Positions 1 through 10,688 of a stretch of DNA of 64,000 nt are shown one piece after another. The stretch is taken from contig CATQHZ020000001.1 in the NCBI GenBank assembly GCA_958296135.2, positions 1,856,001 to 1,920,000 on the forward strand, given 5' to 3'. Numbering within the stretch: position 1 is the stretch's first letter; the number at the start of each line of letters is the position of its first letter. This stretch comes from an uncultured Poribacteria bacterium. GTDB lineage: Bacteria; Poribacteria; WGA-4E; WGA-3G. A program made the translations under genes and the position numbers. The notes under the pieces are model-generated. The model was not told the origin of the DNA, did no database searches, and was given only the letters and a program-made list of their open reading frames with translations.

Positions 1-287
1 CCGCTAAACGCGTTATAGGTGATGAGGCCGTTAAATCGCTGCTCGCGCGTTACGCCAACGTGGATTGCATCGATGTAACCCAACCCTGCGGCATTGTAGT
101 TCGCGGCGTTGCTATCGTCGGCGAGTGCGACGAATGCCCCACCGAGCCCCAGCGGCCGCGCGCCCACGCCGATGTCGTTAAACGCCGCGAAACTGTTGCT
201 GCACAGCATCAGCGTGAAAAAAACGAGCGCGATTTTTTTGTATGTCGCAATGCGTTCGGACAGCTGTGACTGTGCCAAAATGTTCAT
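1..287 (-). CDS. PorV/PorQ (UPF0164)-like outer-membrane beta-barrel protein, 5' part (runs off the window)
   Basis: Manual translation from ATG 287: MNILAQSQ...signal-like IALVFFTLMLCSNSFA then GVGARPLGLGGAFVALADDSNAANYNAAGL, typical of the PorV/FadL-type barrel N-terminus. Not in the ORF track. Confidence 0.7.
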   Translation of the reverse strand, partial: MNILAQSQLSERIATYKKIALVFFTLMLCSNSFAAFNDIGVGARPLGLGGAFVALADDSNAANYNAAGLGYIDAIHVGVTREQRFNGLITYNAFS

Positions 288-465
288 TTTCCCAGGTCGC
301 CTTGACGTTGTCAAGCCTTGCGTGTCAGAGAGAGTGTGTTTCAGCGTCATATTATTATTTTAGGAGAGGCGAGTGATGCTCGCGACACCCTTGGTGCTCC
401 TTACTTTCGCAGAAGAAGTTCGGCCGGCGCTGTTTGCAACCGCGCTCCGATGTTGTTTCGCGCGC

Positions 466-1107
466 CTACGAAGCGCGCTTACCCCCAAACCCCGTCATTG
501 GCACGAAATTGACAGCGGTAACCCTCGTCGTATCTGTCTCTCCCGCTATTTTCTGAATCAAAAGCAGGTGTTGCGCCGTATCGCCGACAGGAATAACCAT
601 GCTTCCACCTTCGTCCAATTGATGAACGAGGCGTTGCGGGACTTTTTTCGGTGCCGCTGCAACAAGGACAGCATCGTAGGGCGCGTTTTCGTGCCAACCG
701 AAATGCCCATCCCCGCGTTTGAAATGGATATTCTGATAGTTGAGTGCCAGTAGCCGCTCTCTCGCGCTTTCGGCAAGTTCAGGCAGAATCTCAACGGAGT
801 AGACTTCGCCCGCCAATTCCGCCAAAACGGCGGTTTGGTAGCCGCACCCCGTTCCAATTTCAAGCACTTTTGACTCTGGCGTTAGCGCAAGCAACTCCGT
901 CATCAATGCCACGATGTAAGGCTGCGAGATTGTCTGCCGACACGCAATCGGCAGGGGACTGTCCTGATACGCCAAGTTGACGTATTCCGGCTTGACGAAG
1001 AGGTGACGTTTCACCTTGCGCATGACAGCAAGCACCTGCGGGTTGCGGATATCGCGCTTCTCAAGTTGGTTTTGAACCATTTCGCGCTGGAGGGTTGAAT
1101 AGTCCAT
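466..1107 (-). CDS. pcm: Protein-L-isoaspartate O-methyltransferase
   Basis: QTISQPYIVA, VLEIGTGCGYQTAVLA, APYD motifs. Confidence 0.95.
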   Translation of the reverse strand: MDYSTLQREMVQNQLEKRDIRNPQVLAVMRKVKRHLFVKPEYVNLAYQDSPLPIACRQTISQPYIVALMTELLALTPESKVLEIGTGCGYQTAVLAELAGEVYSVEILPELAESARERLLALNYQNIHFKRGDGHFGWHENAPYDAVLVAAAPKKVPQRLVHQLDEGGSMVIPVGDTAQHLLLIQKIAGETDTTRVTAVNFVPMTGFGGKRAS

Positions 1108-1119
1108 CGTGCTTACTCC

Positions 1120-3513
1120 CTAATCGCTCAGTGCTATCTGATAGGGCATCAACAAAAAAAGTCTGTGCCTCAGGATTTCGCGATACGCGCTCAGCACACC
1201 GCTGTCCACAAAAGGGCGCGGTGCTAAAAGCAGCCGATAGTTGCTAACAAGTTGCGACATCCATGTCTGTTTTGGAAACCGGACAATTTCCACACCCTTT
1301 TTCTCTAACCCCGCCTTTTCCTTGGCGATAGCGAGGGCGCGGCTTAACCCGCCGAGTTCATCAACAAGTCCTTTCTCCTGCGCCTGCTTTCCTGTCCAAA
1401 TGCGCCCGCGGCCGAGGTTGTCTACCTCTGCCTTTGTCAACCCGGGCCGCCCGATGGCGACTTTCGTGATAAAATCGTCGTAAATCTCTGCAATCTGTTT
1501 GTGGACGATTGCCTGTTCCGCGGGTGGATAGTCGCCGTAATCGGAATAAAAATCAGCATGCTTGCCGCGTTTCAGGATGTCCTTCCGGATGCCGAATTTC
1601 TCGTAAAGTCCCTTGAAACTATACTTGCCGCCGATAACGCCAATAGAACCGGTAATGGTGCCGGGTTCAGCGACGATGACATCCGCGGGCGCAGCAATGT
1701 AATAGCCGCCCGATGCCGCCACTCCTGCCATTGAAACGACTAGCGGTTTGTCTGCAGCAAGCAGCACGAGTTCACGCCATAAAATGTTTGCAGCGACGAC
1801 AAGTCCACCGCCGCTGTCAATCCGCAACACGACTGCCTTTATTGATTCGTCTCCACGAACATCGCGAATTGCGCGGGCGATTGTGTCGGAGCCCATCACC
1901 TGCGTGCCCATAAGCGGATCGGTGAAGCTACTCCCCGTCATCATCAATCCCTCTGCCTCAATAATCGCAATCTTCGGCAGTGGTACCTGCCAATTGTGCA
2001 CGTAAAGCCCACTCTTCGCGTATTCGCCAAGGGTTATCAAATCCACTCGGGCAGGCGCGCTTTGGAAGCGCGCGTCCATCACTTGGGTTACAACATCCGG
2101 CAGTTCGTCTTCATAGACGAGCCTGTCTACCAATTCGGCGTTGAGCGCGCCTTGCGCGGTGTAAGGCCCTCCATCAATCAGGTTTTTGACGGTTTCCGAT
2201 GTCCACCCGCGGTTTGTGCCACGGTTTGTAACTATCGCCGTTACCAGCTGTTCATAGAGCTCATCAAGGATGATATTCTGGACTTCGCGGTGCGCTTCCG
2301 ACATCTTGTGCCGCGTGAACGTTTCCGCCGCCGATTTATATTTTCCGATATGTTCAATGTCGGCTCGGATGCCGAGTTTATCCAACGCGCCTTTGTAAAA
2401 CGAACGCTCCGCGCGCAGTCCGATGAGCCGCACCTCCGCAGAAGGGTGCATCAGCATCGCATCACATGCGGAGGCGACGATGTAATCCCCAGTGGAACAG
2501 TTGGAGAGATAACTGATGACGACACGGCCGGATGCCTTGAAATCGGTGATAGCATCGCGCATCTCTTGGAGTTTCCCAAGGCCGTAGCCGCTGCCATTGA
2601 TACGGATGAGCACCCCTGCAACATCCTTATCCCACTTCGCGATGCGCAGCGTCTGCTCCAACGAACCCATGGACAAGTCTATAAACTTACGCCGACGGCG
2701 AAGCGGCTTCGTCTTCGGCGCGCTAGAAAATTGGAAATAACCAACACCGGTTTGCGCACTGTCCCCATCAAAACGGTTGTCAGTCCCCAAACCCCAATTC
2801 CCGATATTGATGCCGAAACGGATATCAAAACTGCTATCGCTGTTCAGCGTGCCGCGGAGCATCAGTTCACGAATAGGACGCAACTCAAGCGCGTATTGAA
2901 AATCAATACCACTGATGCCCTGTGTTTTCTGCATATCAACGGAGAGTGTCGCCCGCCATGTGCCGGGGCGCAGCGCGACACCTACGTCATAAGTGCGCCC
3001 CAACTTTTCTCCTAACAACTCCGGACGGTTCAGATCTCGGGCCATTGCACCGATTGAAAAATAGCGGCGACGATACATCAATCCCAACGAAACCGACCGG
3101 AATTTGTCGTAGCCGCTCTCATCGGAATTCATCCAACTGTAACTACTGCCCCAGTAAAGCGAGCTCCCTAAATGCCGCCCAGTGGAGAGGCTATACCTTG
3201 TGAAGTCAATCTCATCGGCAGCCGTTGCGAATTCCATGCTGAATCCCGCGCCCGGCGCGGCGACGAAAAAAGCGTCATCACCAATTTGAGACTCGCTCTG
3301 GTATGTCCGCAGGTAATAGAGATTCAGCGCGCGCCCGGCACCTAATCCTGCCGGATTGAAAAACGTCGCCAAGGCATCGTCACTCACGGCGACAGAACTA
3401 GCCGGCAAGTGGGTGCGTGCCTTTGGCGGCGCGGCCGCCGCGATTCCTGCAAACAGCACAGCCCAAACGCAGGCAACCCAAAGACAGCGTTTGCGAGCAG
3501 AACGTAAAACCAT
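1120..3513 (-). CDS. sppA: Long signal peptide peptidase SppA (tandem S49 domains) with an N-terminal beta-barrel-like extension
   Basis: GKYKSAAE, VLRIDSGGG, AASGGYYIA, TGSIGV, GRIWTG motifs; signal peptide; start codon approximate. Confidence 0.9.
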   Translation of the reverse strand: MVLRSARKRCLWVACVWAVLFAGIAAAAPPKARTHLPASSVAVSDDALATFFNPAGLGAGRALNLYYLRTYQSESQIGDDAFFVAAPGAGFSMEFATAADEIDFTRYSLSTGRHLGSSLYWGSSYSWMNSDESGYDKFRSVSLGLMYRRRYFSIGAMARDLNRPELLGEKLGRTYDVGVALRPGTWRATLSVDMQKTQGISGIDFQYALELRPIRELMLRGTLNSDSSFDIRFGINIGNWGLGTDNRFDGDSAQTGVGYFQFSSAPKTKPLRRRRKFIDLSMGSLEQTLRIAKWDKDVAGVLIRINGSGYGLGKLQEMRDAITDFKASGRVVISYLSNCSTGDYIVASACDAMLMHPSAEVRLIGLRAERSFYKGALDKLGIRADIEHIGKYKSAAETFTRHKMSEAHREVQNIILDELYEQLVTAIVTNRGTNRGWTSETVKNLIDGGPYTAQGALNAELVDRLVYEDELPDVVTQVMDARFQSAPARVDLITLGEYAKSGLYVHNWQVPLPKIAIIEAEGLMMTGSSFTDPLMGTQVMGSDTIARAIRDVRGDESIKAVVLRIDSGGGLVVAANILWRELVLLAADKPLVVSMAGVAASGGYYIAAPADVIVAEPGTITGSIGVIGGKYSFKGLYEKFGIRKDILKRGKHADFYSDYGDYPPAEQAIVHKQIAEIYDDFITKVAIGRPGLTKAEVDNLGRGRIWTGKQAQEKGLVDELGGLSRALAIAKEKAGLEKKGVEIVRFPKQTWMSQLVSNYRLLLAPRPFVDSGVLSAYREILRHRLFLLMPYQIALSD

Positions 3514-3620
3514 AAACAGCACCAAGACAAAGCGTCAAAAGAGATACATATCTATTATACCACAAAACGGCGGAAATTGCAACAAAAATGCGACATTTTA
3601 CCAGAGTGATTCAGTTCTTC

Positions 3621-3722
3621 CCCTCTGTGTTGAGAGTGTTGTCGGCGCGCCCTCCCGGTCTCGATGTGTTTCTCCTCTGTGTTGAAGCACCGTAGGAGAG
3701 CCCTCCCGGTCTTGATGTGTTC
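3621..3722. repeat. Degenerate ~52-bp tandem duplication containing a REP-like unit
   Basis: cctctgtgttga...ccctcccggtctYgatgtgtt occurs twice; the second copy begins gtaggagagccctcccgg. Confidence 0.6.
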
Positions 3723-3762
3723 CATAGGAAGACGAATCAACTTACAGGGCGCGGCGGAGAAC

Positions 3763-6186
3763 TCAAAATTCCACTGTCAGCCCGAGATACGGGATGATGG
3801 GAAATTGCCTTGTCTCTTCCACGCTGCCATCGGCAGGATTTGTAAATCGCATGACATTTCGCCGATTATAGGCGTTCAAAATTTCCAGGAACCCGCCTAT
3901 CTTCCAACCGTCAAAATCCCATTTTTTGCTTATCCGCACGTCCAACCGGTGGTAGGGTGGCAGCTCAATTAACGCGTCATCTTCAGTTTCAAAGGGTAGT
4001 TGGCGCATCCCGCGCGTAACCTGATCTTGAATTAAGAAAATCTCGCTCACGGGGACACCGGACGTGCCGCTGGAATACTGCCACTTCGCCCCCACCTCAA
4101 ATGTCGGCGAGAAATTGTAACTCGCGACGACACTGACAACGTTCGTGTTATCAAAGAGGTAGGGGGCATACTCAGCATCAGGATGGGTGCGGCGTTCCGC
4201 ATGCGTCCAAGCATACGAAATCCAACCGAAAAATTTATCGGTAATACGGTGCCGCAGGAACATCTCCGCGCCACCGACATACCCCACACCCTGATTGAGA
4301 TACCCTTCTGCTTCATCCGGCGTTACCAAATTTGCCTGCGTTTTGTAATAGCCCGCCAACTTAAGTTCAGTTTGAGACGTGAGCTCCTGCTCCAATTCCA
4401 CGATGTAGTGGCTGGTGACGCTTGAGGTTAACGCCGGATTTCCGTCTTCGGCAAGCATTTGATACGGTTTTGGGCTTTGTTCATACCGTCCGTAAGCGAG
4501 ACGCAGGTCAGCACCGCTCGGCATTTTGAGTGCAAGACTGGCCCGCGGCTGCACCGAGATTTCGTCTGTCATGTTGAGGTAATCTAGCCGAACGCCTAGT
4601 GCCGCCGATAGAAACGGAAACGGCTCATATCGCGTTTGGAGGTAACCTTCGGCACGGCGGAACTGTTTGTTGAATTCTTCGCGAGTTTCCTCGGTCCGCG
4701 TCTCCTGCAAAAAAGTCCCCTCGCTGCCATCGGAATCGTTTCTATAGACAATTGCCTCGTCTCCATCCGCCTGAGCCTCTTCAAGCACTTCAGTCAGATC
4801 TTCACCTTCTGTCACTTCCGTTGCCTCGGAGACTGGCAGATTGGTGTAAGAAAAGCTGGTCGCGGGGCTGATGGAAAAAAGAAACCCTGGTTCAAACTGA
4901 AGCGTCGGTGTGATTTTGTATGACACGTCTTCGCGCAGCATGTAAACGGGAACGTTCACTTGAATGTCATAGTGCGAATACTCAGTGGATGCCACTTCCC
5001 ACTCACCATCTGGGCCCTGTTCAAAACGTTCGCTTGTCAGCAAATCAAAGTCAACGTTGAGAAAATTGTGGGAACGCGTGAGAGAGAGGTGTGAGGTGAG
5101 TTTTTCCGTGAAATGTGAACGGAGATGTATCCCTTGTGCCTCAAACCCGTTTTTGAAATAGGCAGAAGAAGGTGAACTTTCAACGCCTTCAGGGCGCGTG
5201 TCTTCAATGTCTGGGCCATCGGCAATTTCAAATTCAAAATGATCGGTTGCACCAAAGGCGTTGAGCGTCAGATGATGCTTCTCCGCCAAATCGTGGGCAT
5301 ACTTGAATTGATAATCTGAAAAGTAGGGCAACACGTTATTTCCCTCTATGAACGGACCGATGACGAGGTCGAGGTAACTCCGCCGTCCTGCCACGTGCAC
5401 ATATCCGTTCTCGCCGATTTTCCCCTCCAGCAATCCCTCCGAATAGAGGATATTCAGGTTAAAGGTGCCGCTCAACGTCTCATCTTCCAGTCTATCTCGC
5501 GAACGGATGTCAATCACCGTTTGCGCATCCAACCCGAATTCCGCGCCGTAGCCGCCAGCGTAGATGTGGATGTCGTCAATAATTTCCGAGCTGATAGTTG
5601 AGACAATCCCGCCGTAGTGGAACGGATAGCCCATCGGTGTCCGGTCGAAATAGATGAGATTGTCTCCGGGCGCGCTCCCACGGATATAGAGCGTGCCGAA
5701 GAAATCGTTCGGAATACCGATGCTCGGCAGCGTCATGAGGCCTTTGAGCGCATCGCCGCCGGTGCCGGGGAGGCGGAGCAATTCACTGCCACGAATCTCC
5801 TGACGACTGACAGTAGGAGGCACGCGCTCGCCTTCGACGATAACCTTCTCAAGTTCAAAGATTTCGCCGAGGTAGATTTTCACCTGCGTCGTATCACCTG
5901 CACGCACCTCAAGTTTGCTTTCCAGTGCAGTGCTATAGGCGGGATGCGAGACAGATAGCGTGTAGGTGCCCGGTGCAACCCCGATAAACCAAAACGTCCC
6001 ATCTGCCGCGGTGGTTTGGTGTTCGTCGGTTTCAAGCAGATGCACATCGGCATCGGCTAACGGTGCCCCGGTAATCTGTTCGACAATGGTGCCCTGAATC
6101 GTCCCAGTTGCAGCCGGTTCCGATTGGGCGAAGGCGGCTACTGGCAAGGTGAACACCAGCAGCAGCGAGAGAAAACGTTTTTTCAT
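3763..6186 (-). CDS. TonB-dependent receptor with an N-terminal carboxypeptidase-regulatory-like domain
   Basis: Signal peptide, GTIQGTI..., plug LYIRGS...N..YFD, C-terminal YHRLDVR...NAYNRRN...GLTVEF ending in Phe. Confidence 0.9.
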   Translation of the reverse strand: MKKRFLSLLLVFTLPVAAFAQSEPAATGTIQGTIVEQITGAPLADADVHLLETDEHQTTAADGTFWFIGVAPGTYTLSVSHPAYSTALESKLEVRAGDTTQVKIYLGEIFELEKVIVEGERVPPTVSRQEIRGSELLRLPGTGGDALKGLMTLPSIGIPNDFFGTLYIRGSAPGDNLIYFDRTPMGYPFHYGGIVSTISSEIIDDIHIYAGGYGAEFGLDAQTVIDIRSRDRLEDETLSGTFNLNILYSEGLLEGKIGENGYVHVAGRRSYLDLVIGPFIEGNNVLPYFSDYQFKYAHDLAEKHHLTLNAFGATDHFEFEIADGPDIEDTRPEGVESSPSSAYFKNGFEAQGIHLRSHFTEKLTSHLSLTRSHNFLNVDFDLLTSERFEQGPDGEWEVASTEYSHYDIQVNVPVYMLREDVSYKITPTLQFEPGFLFSISPATSFSYTNLPVSEATEVTEGEDLTEVLEEAQADGDEAIVYRNDSDGSEGTFLQETRTEETREEFNKQFRRAEGYLQTRYEPFPFLSAALGVRLDYLNMTDEISVQPRASLALKMPSGADLRLAYGRYEQSPKPYQMLAEDGNPALTSSVTSHYIVELEQELTSQTELKLAGYYKTQANLVTPDEAEGYLNQGVGYVGGAEMFLRHRITDKFFGWISYAWTHAERRTHPDAEYAPYLFDNTNVVSVVASYNFSPTFEVGAKWQYSSGTSGVPVSEIFLIQDQVTRGMRQLPFETEDDALIELPPYHRLDVRISKKWDFDGWKIGGFLEILNAYNRRNVMRFTNPADGSVEETRQFPIIPYLGLTVEF

Positions 6187-6245
6187 AAGGAGCACTCCTT
6201 TGGTGCGTAGAAAGCCGCATCTGCTCCAGTTACGGCGGTTGCGCG

Positions 6246-6656
6246 CTATCCGGATATCTCATACACGACAATCTGAGATGTTTCATAAGTTCCATCGGAT
6301 ACCGTGACAGTGATTGTAGACTTCGCAGGAAACTGCGCGGGCGCAGTAAACACGACTCGCAGTCCGGTTGTGGTGTCGATGCTGCCATCACCACTCAGCA
6401 TCCATTCGTAAGTGAGCGGATCGTTGTCTGCATCAATGGCGGTTACCTCAAGCGTATAAGTCTCGCCGGGTGAAATCCGATCAGGTGCCGTGAAATTGGT
6501 GATTTCCGGCGGCTCGCCAACTAACGTACGACAACCTAAAATCACCGCCAAGACAGCAACCCACCCGAGACAGTATAATACCAAATTAACCTGAGTCGTT
6601 CGGGTCAACTTAATTTGGTATAACTTGTGCCCTGTCAGCATTTTCTTAAAATTCAT
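6246..6656 (-). CDS. Probable lipoprotein with an Ig-like/PKD domain
   Basis: RBS CAGGAGG before ATG 6656; hydrophobic stretch ending ILGC; A.DADNDPLTYEW and ITVTVSDG motifs. Confidence 0.7.
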   Translation of the reverse strand: MNFKKMLTGHKLYQIKLTRTTQVNLVLYCLGWVAVLAVILGCRTLVGEPPEITNFTAPDRISPGETYTLEVTAIDADNDPLTYEWMLSGDGSIDTTTGLRVVFTAPAQFPAKSTITVTVSDGTYETSQIVVYEISG

Positions 6657-6766
6657 ACGTTCCTCCTGAGAAAAACGGGTTAAAGGATGGTGTTCGCGAA
6701 CCTCCGCAGTACCTGCCATACCCGAACTGCGGGTAGGGGCGTGGAAAGGCATATGCCCACACGTAG

Positions 6767-7582
6767 TTAAGAACGCCGTGCATACTGCGGAAACAGCTCA
6801 TCATGAATATCGCTACATTGCCGGAGGTGAATCCACCGCGCCTTGTCGGCAGTGTCAACCATAGTTGGGAAGAACATGCCTGCGCCGGTTTCGATTTGAT
6901 ACCCGCCAGCCGAATGGACGCTCAAATACTGATGCAGTGTCTCTAAATCCGGCTCCGTAGTGCAATGCTGCGTGCAATTCATCGTGAACATCCGCCGGCG
7001 CGTGCCGCCGCCAAACGCGGCATGGTACGTATCATGATTGAATATCATGACATCACCAGGGGTGCTCTCCAACGCGATGCTAGTGGGGAAATCACGAGGC
7101 GGAATGCCAAAGAGTGCTGCCGACTGATTCGGATCGAGTTTCTGGGCGCGCACGAAGTGCGCGGGGTTCTGGCTGCCCGGAATGATGCGCAAACACCCCG
7201 TGGCGCGCGTCAGCGGCTCGAGGTAAAACGCGACTTTACACGCGAAGAGGCGGCCCCAGTTTCCATCAGGATGCCAACCTGTATCGCCGGTGTAGTAGTT
7301 TCCATCGCCGCCTGCGTAGTTAAAATCCGCGCCGAGCACCCCGCCGATGAGCCCTTTGAGGCGTTCATCATCCAGCAGCGTGCAGAGCCGGGGGCGATGC
7401 TCAATCGGACCGCCGAACATCGTGCGGTGTGTGCCATCATGCGCTTTACCACCCCCGAATTCCTGAATGGAGCACTCAAACTCTTCCGTGATCCATTCTA
7501 TCTCGCTCGGAGAAAACATCCCCGGTATCGCGAGATAGCCGAAAGTGTTAAAGAAATTGATTTGGTGTTCGGTCAGTTTCAT
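6767..7582 (-). CDS. PhyH-family Fe(II)/2-oxoglutarate dioxygenase
   Basis: FFNTFGYLAI, WHPDG, GCLRIIPGS, PGDVMIF..TYHA..RR. Confidence 0.9.
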   Translation of the reverse strand: MKLTEHQINFFNTFGYLAIPGMFSPSEIEWITEEFECSIQEFGGGKAHDGTHRTMFGGPIEHRPRLCTLLDDERLKGLIGGVLGADFNYAGGDGNYYTGDTGWHPDGNWGRLFACKVAFYLEPLTRATGCLRIIPGSQNPAHFVRAQKLDPNQSAALFGIPPRDFPTSIALESTPGDVMIFNHDTYHAAFGGGTRRRMFTMNCTQHCTTEPDLETLHQYLSVHSAGGYQIETGAGMFFPTMVDTADKARWIHLRQCSDIHDELFPQYARRS

Positions 7583-7694
7583 GGTGCAACCTCCTGTGTT
7601 CCTATGAATCGTCTCGCGTCTGTAGGGAAACCTGCTCGCTCAAGCTTGACTTGTTCGGGGCGGGCAAGCCTGCACTCCAGAGGAAAATTGCGTA

Positions 7695-8264
7695 TTATTC
7701 AAAAAGTCGCAAGACCTCACAAGAAAAGCCCTTGACGACATCTTCTCCGGTGAGCCTATCTACGTCTGTGAGAAGTGTGAAGTCTTTGCCGGGGCGATAC
7801 ACCTCCACGGTTTTCAGCACCGGGTTAACCACCCAAACCAGCCGGGTGCCGGCCTCAAGATAAGCGAGGACTTTCTCCGAAACCCGCGCCTGTTTATCTG
7901 AAGGTGAGACTACCTCAACGGCCAGATCTGGCGGCACAGGAGAACCCTTGCTCCTGTCCTCCGGCAAACGCTCCATTGAGACAAAGGCGACATCTGGCAC
8001 CAGCACTTGGGTTCCCACCCGGAAACCTGTATCCGATGTGTAGACGCGTCCCAATTGATTTTCACGAACGTGCATGCCTAACGGCACGACAAGATTCGTG
8101 CTAATATCTCCATGTTCCATTGAGGTAGGCGACATTTGCACGACTTCTCCTTTCAGGTATTCATACCCTTCCAAGCCGCTTTCAAGAAATTCCTCCAGCG
8201 TCATCGTGATGTGTGCGGGAGGCGGCATTTCTTGCGCGAACGGGTGAAGTTCGGGTGAATTCAT
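7695..8264 (-). CDS. Uma2-family (DUF820) putative endonuclease
   Basis: YEYLKGEV..MSP...HG, PDVAFVS, PPDLAVEVVSPSD, YLEAGTRLVWVVNP. Confidence 0.92.
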   Translation of the reverse strand: MNSPELHPFAQEMPPPAHITMTLEEFLESGLEGYEYLKGEVVQMSPTSMEHGDISTNLVVPLGMHVRENQLGRVYTSDTGFRVGTQVLVPDVAFVSMERLPEDRSKGSPVPPDLAVEVVSPSDKQARVSEKVLAYLEAGTRLVWVVNPVLKTVEVYRPGKDFTLLTDVDRLTGEDVVKGFSCEVLRLFE

Positions 8265-8353
8265 CCTTTCGTTCCTCCTGAAGATAGCGACAGCGTTGCT
8301 GAGTTGTTTTTTTGCGCGCCCTTCCCAAAGTCAGCGCGAACCGCTATAAATAT

Positions 8354-8383
8354 ATTATACACGCAATTTATCAGGTGTGTCAA
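8354..8383 (-). promoter_or_regulatory. sigma70-type promoter for the Uma2 gene
   Basis: TTGACA-N18-TATAAT on the minus strand. Confidence 0.75.
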
Positions 8384-8444
8384 CTCTTTTTTGAACGCGT
8401 AGATGAAAACACAAAACGGAAAAGTAAGTTGTTCTGAAAAAAGG

Positions 8445-8473
8445 TTGACATAAATTAGAATTTTCGGTAAAAT
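8445..8473 (+). promoter_or_regulatory. sigma70-type promoter for mod1
   Basis: TTGACA-N17-TAAAAT. Confidence 0.75.
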
Positions 8474-8574
8474 ATGAGTGTTGTAGTAACGAAATTTCAG
8501 CGAACGTTTCGCACAGCGCGTGAACCGCCGCAACCGAAAAGCGGCATCCGGAACGCGCACGTCAGGAAATCACT

Positions 8575-10544
8575 ATGCCAACAAGAACATTCAACGAGAA
8601 ACTCATTGAACGCCTCAAAACTGACGCGCGCTTCGTTGACAACGCTGGCGAACTCATCCCTGCCGCTGTCAAAGACCGCGCCTGGCACCTCGACCCGGGC
8701 CTCCTCACGCTGTTAATGACAGATAAGGAGATTGAGGCACAGTTCTTTGACGAAATTAACGGAAGATGGGTGTTCAATTACAACACCTTCATTACCTACC
8801 TCTCCGATAAAAACTTCCTCGCCAACGCATACACCCGATTCCGAAACAAAATTGGCTTGAACATTGACGACAAGTTTCTGCCTGAACGCAGCGAAGTCGC
8901 ACTCGTCTGGCCCTACAAAGACTGCGTCTTGGAAGGTGGACAGACGCGCCAAGAGGAAAAACGCACCGAGATATTTTTCAACGAACTCCTCGCGCCTGAT
9001 GAGATTAACCGGCTCCTCGCGCCAAAGGTGTTCACACAGTGGAAACGGCACACGCATGCAGGTGCACACCCGATATCTGCCATCAAACGTGGTGAAGATG
9101 GCACGATTCGCGAGAACTTGCTCATCAAGGGGAACAATCTGTTGGCACTGCACTCCCTGAAGTTGCAGTTCCGCGGCAAGGTGAAATGTGTCTACATCGA
9201 TCCGCCCTATAACACCGGCGGCGCAGCGGACAGTTTTACCTATAACAACACCTTTAATCACTCCACGTGGCTCACCTTCATGAGAAATAGATTAGAGGTG
9301 GCGAAGGACTTGCTCCGGCCCGATGGGTTCATCGCTATCGCGATCGACCACCACGAGCTCTTTTATCTCGGTGTGTTGGCCGACGAAGTCTTCGGACGCG
9401 CGAATAGGTTAGCGACAGTTTCGGTGGTTCACCAGGCTCGGGGCCGGAATATGGATAAAGGGTTTTCGACAAGCAACGAATTCATGCTGGTTTACGCCAA
9501 GACCCGCGGAAACAACATCAAAAACGTTGTTATCGACGAAGAAAAGAAAAAGCAGTTCAACCTGAGCGATGAGAAAGGTAACTATTATCTGAAAAATTAC
9601 ATCATGGTCCAAGGGGGGAGCCGGGGATGCACGAGGCAAGATAAGCCTGCATACTGGTATCCTATCTACGTTAGCGAAGACTTAACCGCTGTCTCGTTGG
9701 AAAAAGTGGATGGCTATGAAGAGGTTTTGCCCATAACGAATACGGGGCGGGAAATGACCTGGGTAACGAAACCTGAAACCTTTCTAAAACGGTTTAGCAA
9801 CAATGAAGTTGTCATCAAGAGGGAGAACGGTAAAATCGTCATTTGTAGGAAATTTCGGGAGCAGCAAATAATTCCAACGCATTGGATAGCCCGGAAATAT
9901 AACGCGACCTCTCACGGCACAATGTTGCTAGAAAAAATTATCGGCAAAAGAGGCGTTAGTTATCCCAAATCCCTCTATACCGTCATGGACATCCTGAAAC
10001 TCACGACAGATACCGGCGACATCATCGTGGACTTCTTCGCCGGCTCCGGCACGACAGGACACGCAGTCGTTGAACTTAACAAACGTGAATGGGGGGGGGC
10101 GAAAGGCAGTTTATCCTCGTCGAGCAGTTGGAAGAGCATGTCGCCATCTGCCAAGAGCGGCTTGAAAAGGTTCTTGCGCAAGAGGGGCTTGTCAGCACCG
10201 ACTTCCTCGCCTGTGAACTGATGCCCTACAATGCCGTTTTTGTGGCGCGCATCCAAGCGGCGCGCACGAGCAACGAATTGGTGCAAATCTGGCGTGAGAT
10301 GGCAACGGAGTCGTTCCTCAATTGGTATGTCAATCCTGAGGTTCCTGAAGATGCGGTGGCGGATTTCATCGCTATCGGGGACGTAGCAAAGCAGCAGTCG
10401 CTGCTGATGGAGCTACTGGACAAGAATCAACTCTACGTCAACCTTTCAGAGATGGAGGATGAGGATTTTCAAGTCAGCAATGCGGATAAGGGGCTGAACC
10501 GCGAATTTTATGGAGACGAAGTCATCCCCAGTTTATCCTTGTAG
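8575..10544 (+). CDS. mod: Type III R-M Mod (N6-adenine DNA methyltransferase), frameshifted at a G9 tract (10091-10099); no adjacent res gene
   Basis: NLLIKGNNL, YIDPPYNTG, YPKS, DFFAGSGTTGHAV; the expected continuation ERQFILVEQ is in the 10089-10544 frame; one extra G joins the two ORFs. Confidence 0.9.
10091..10099 (+). repeat. G9 homopolymer, candidate phase-variation switch (OFF as assembled)
   Basis: gaat-ggggggggg-cgaaagg lies exactly at the frame junction. Confidence 0.85.
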
Positions 10545-10688
10545 TTCGGGCTCGCCTGAAGATTCAAAAAAAGAAACAACTCATTTTTTTCGCGGGAGAT
10601 GGGCGGATAGTTAACGACATCCGCCCTGACACACCGCGCGTCCACGCTTGGGACATCATACAGAAAACTGCACGAAAAAGGAGCATTA

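Noticed and set aside
1996-3015. Long antisense ORFs (1996-3015 and also 6965-7735, 11632-12384, 24234-24974, 32896-33645, 51503-52339)
   Set aside because: They are shadows of well-supported genes on the opposite strand, with no recognisable motifs.
10545-10688. preQ1 riboswitch upstream of queF
   Set aside because: The A-rich run is suggestive, but the adjacent stems are members of the dispersed REP families (matches at ~37460, ~63330, ~34040) and no preQ1 aptamer consensus is evident.
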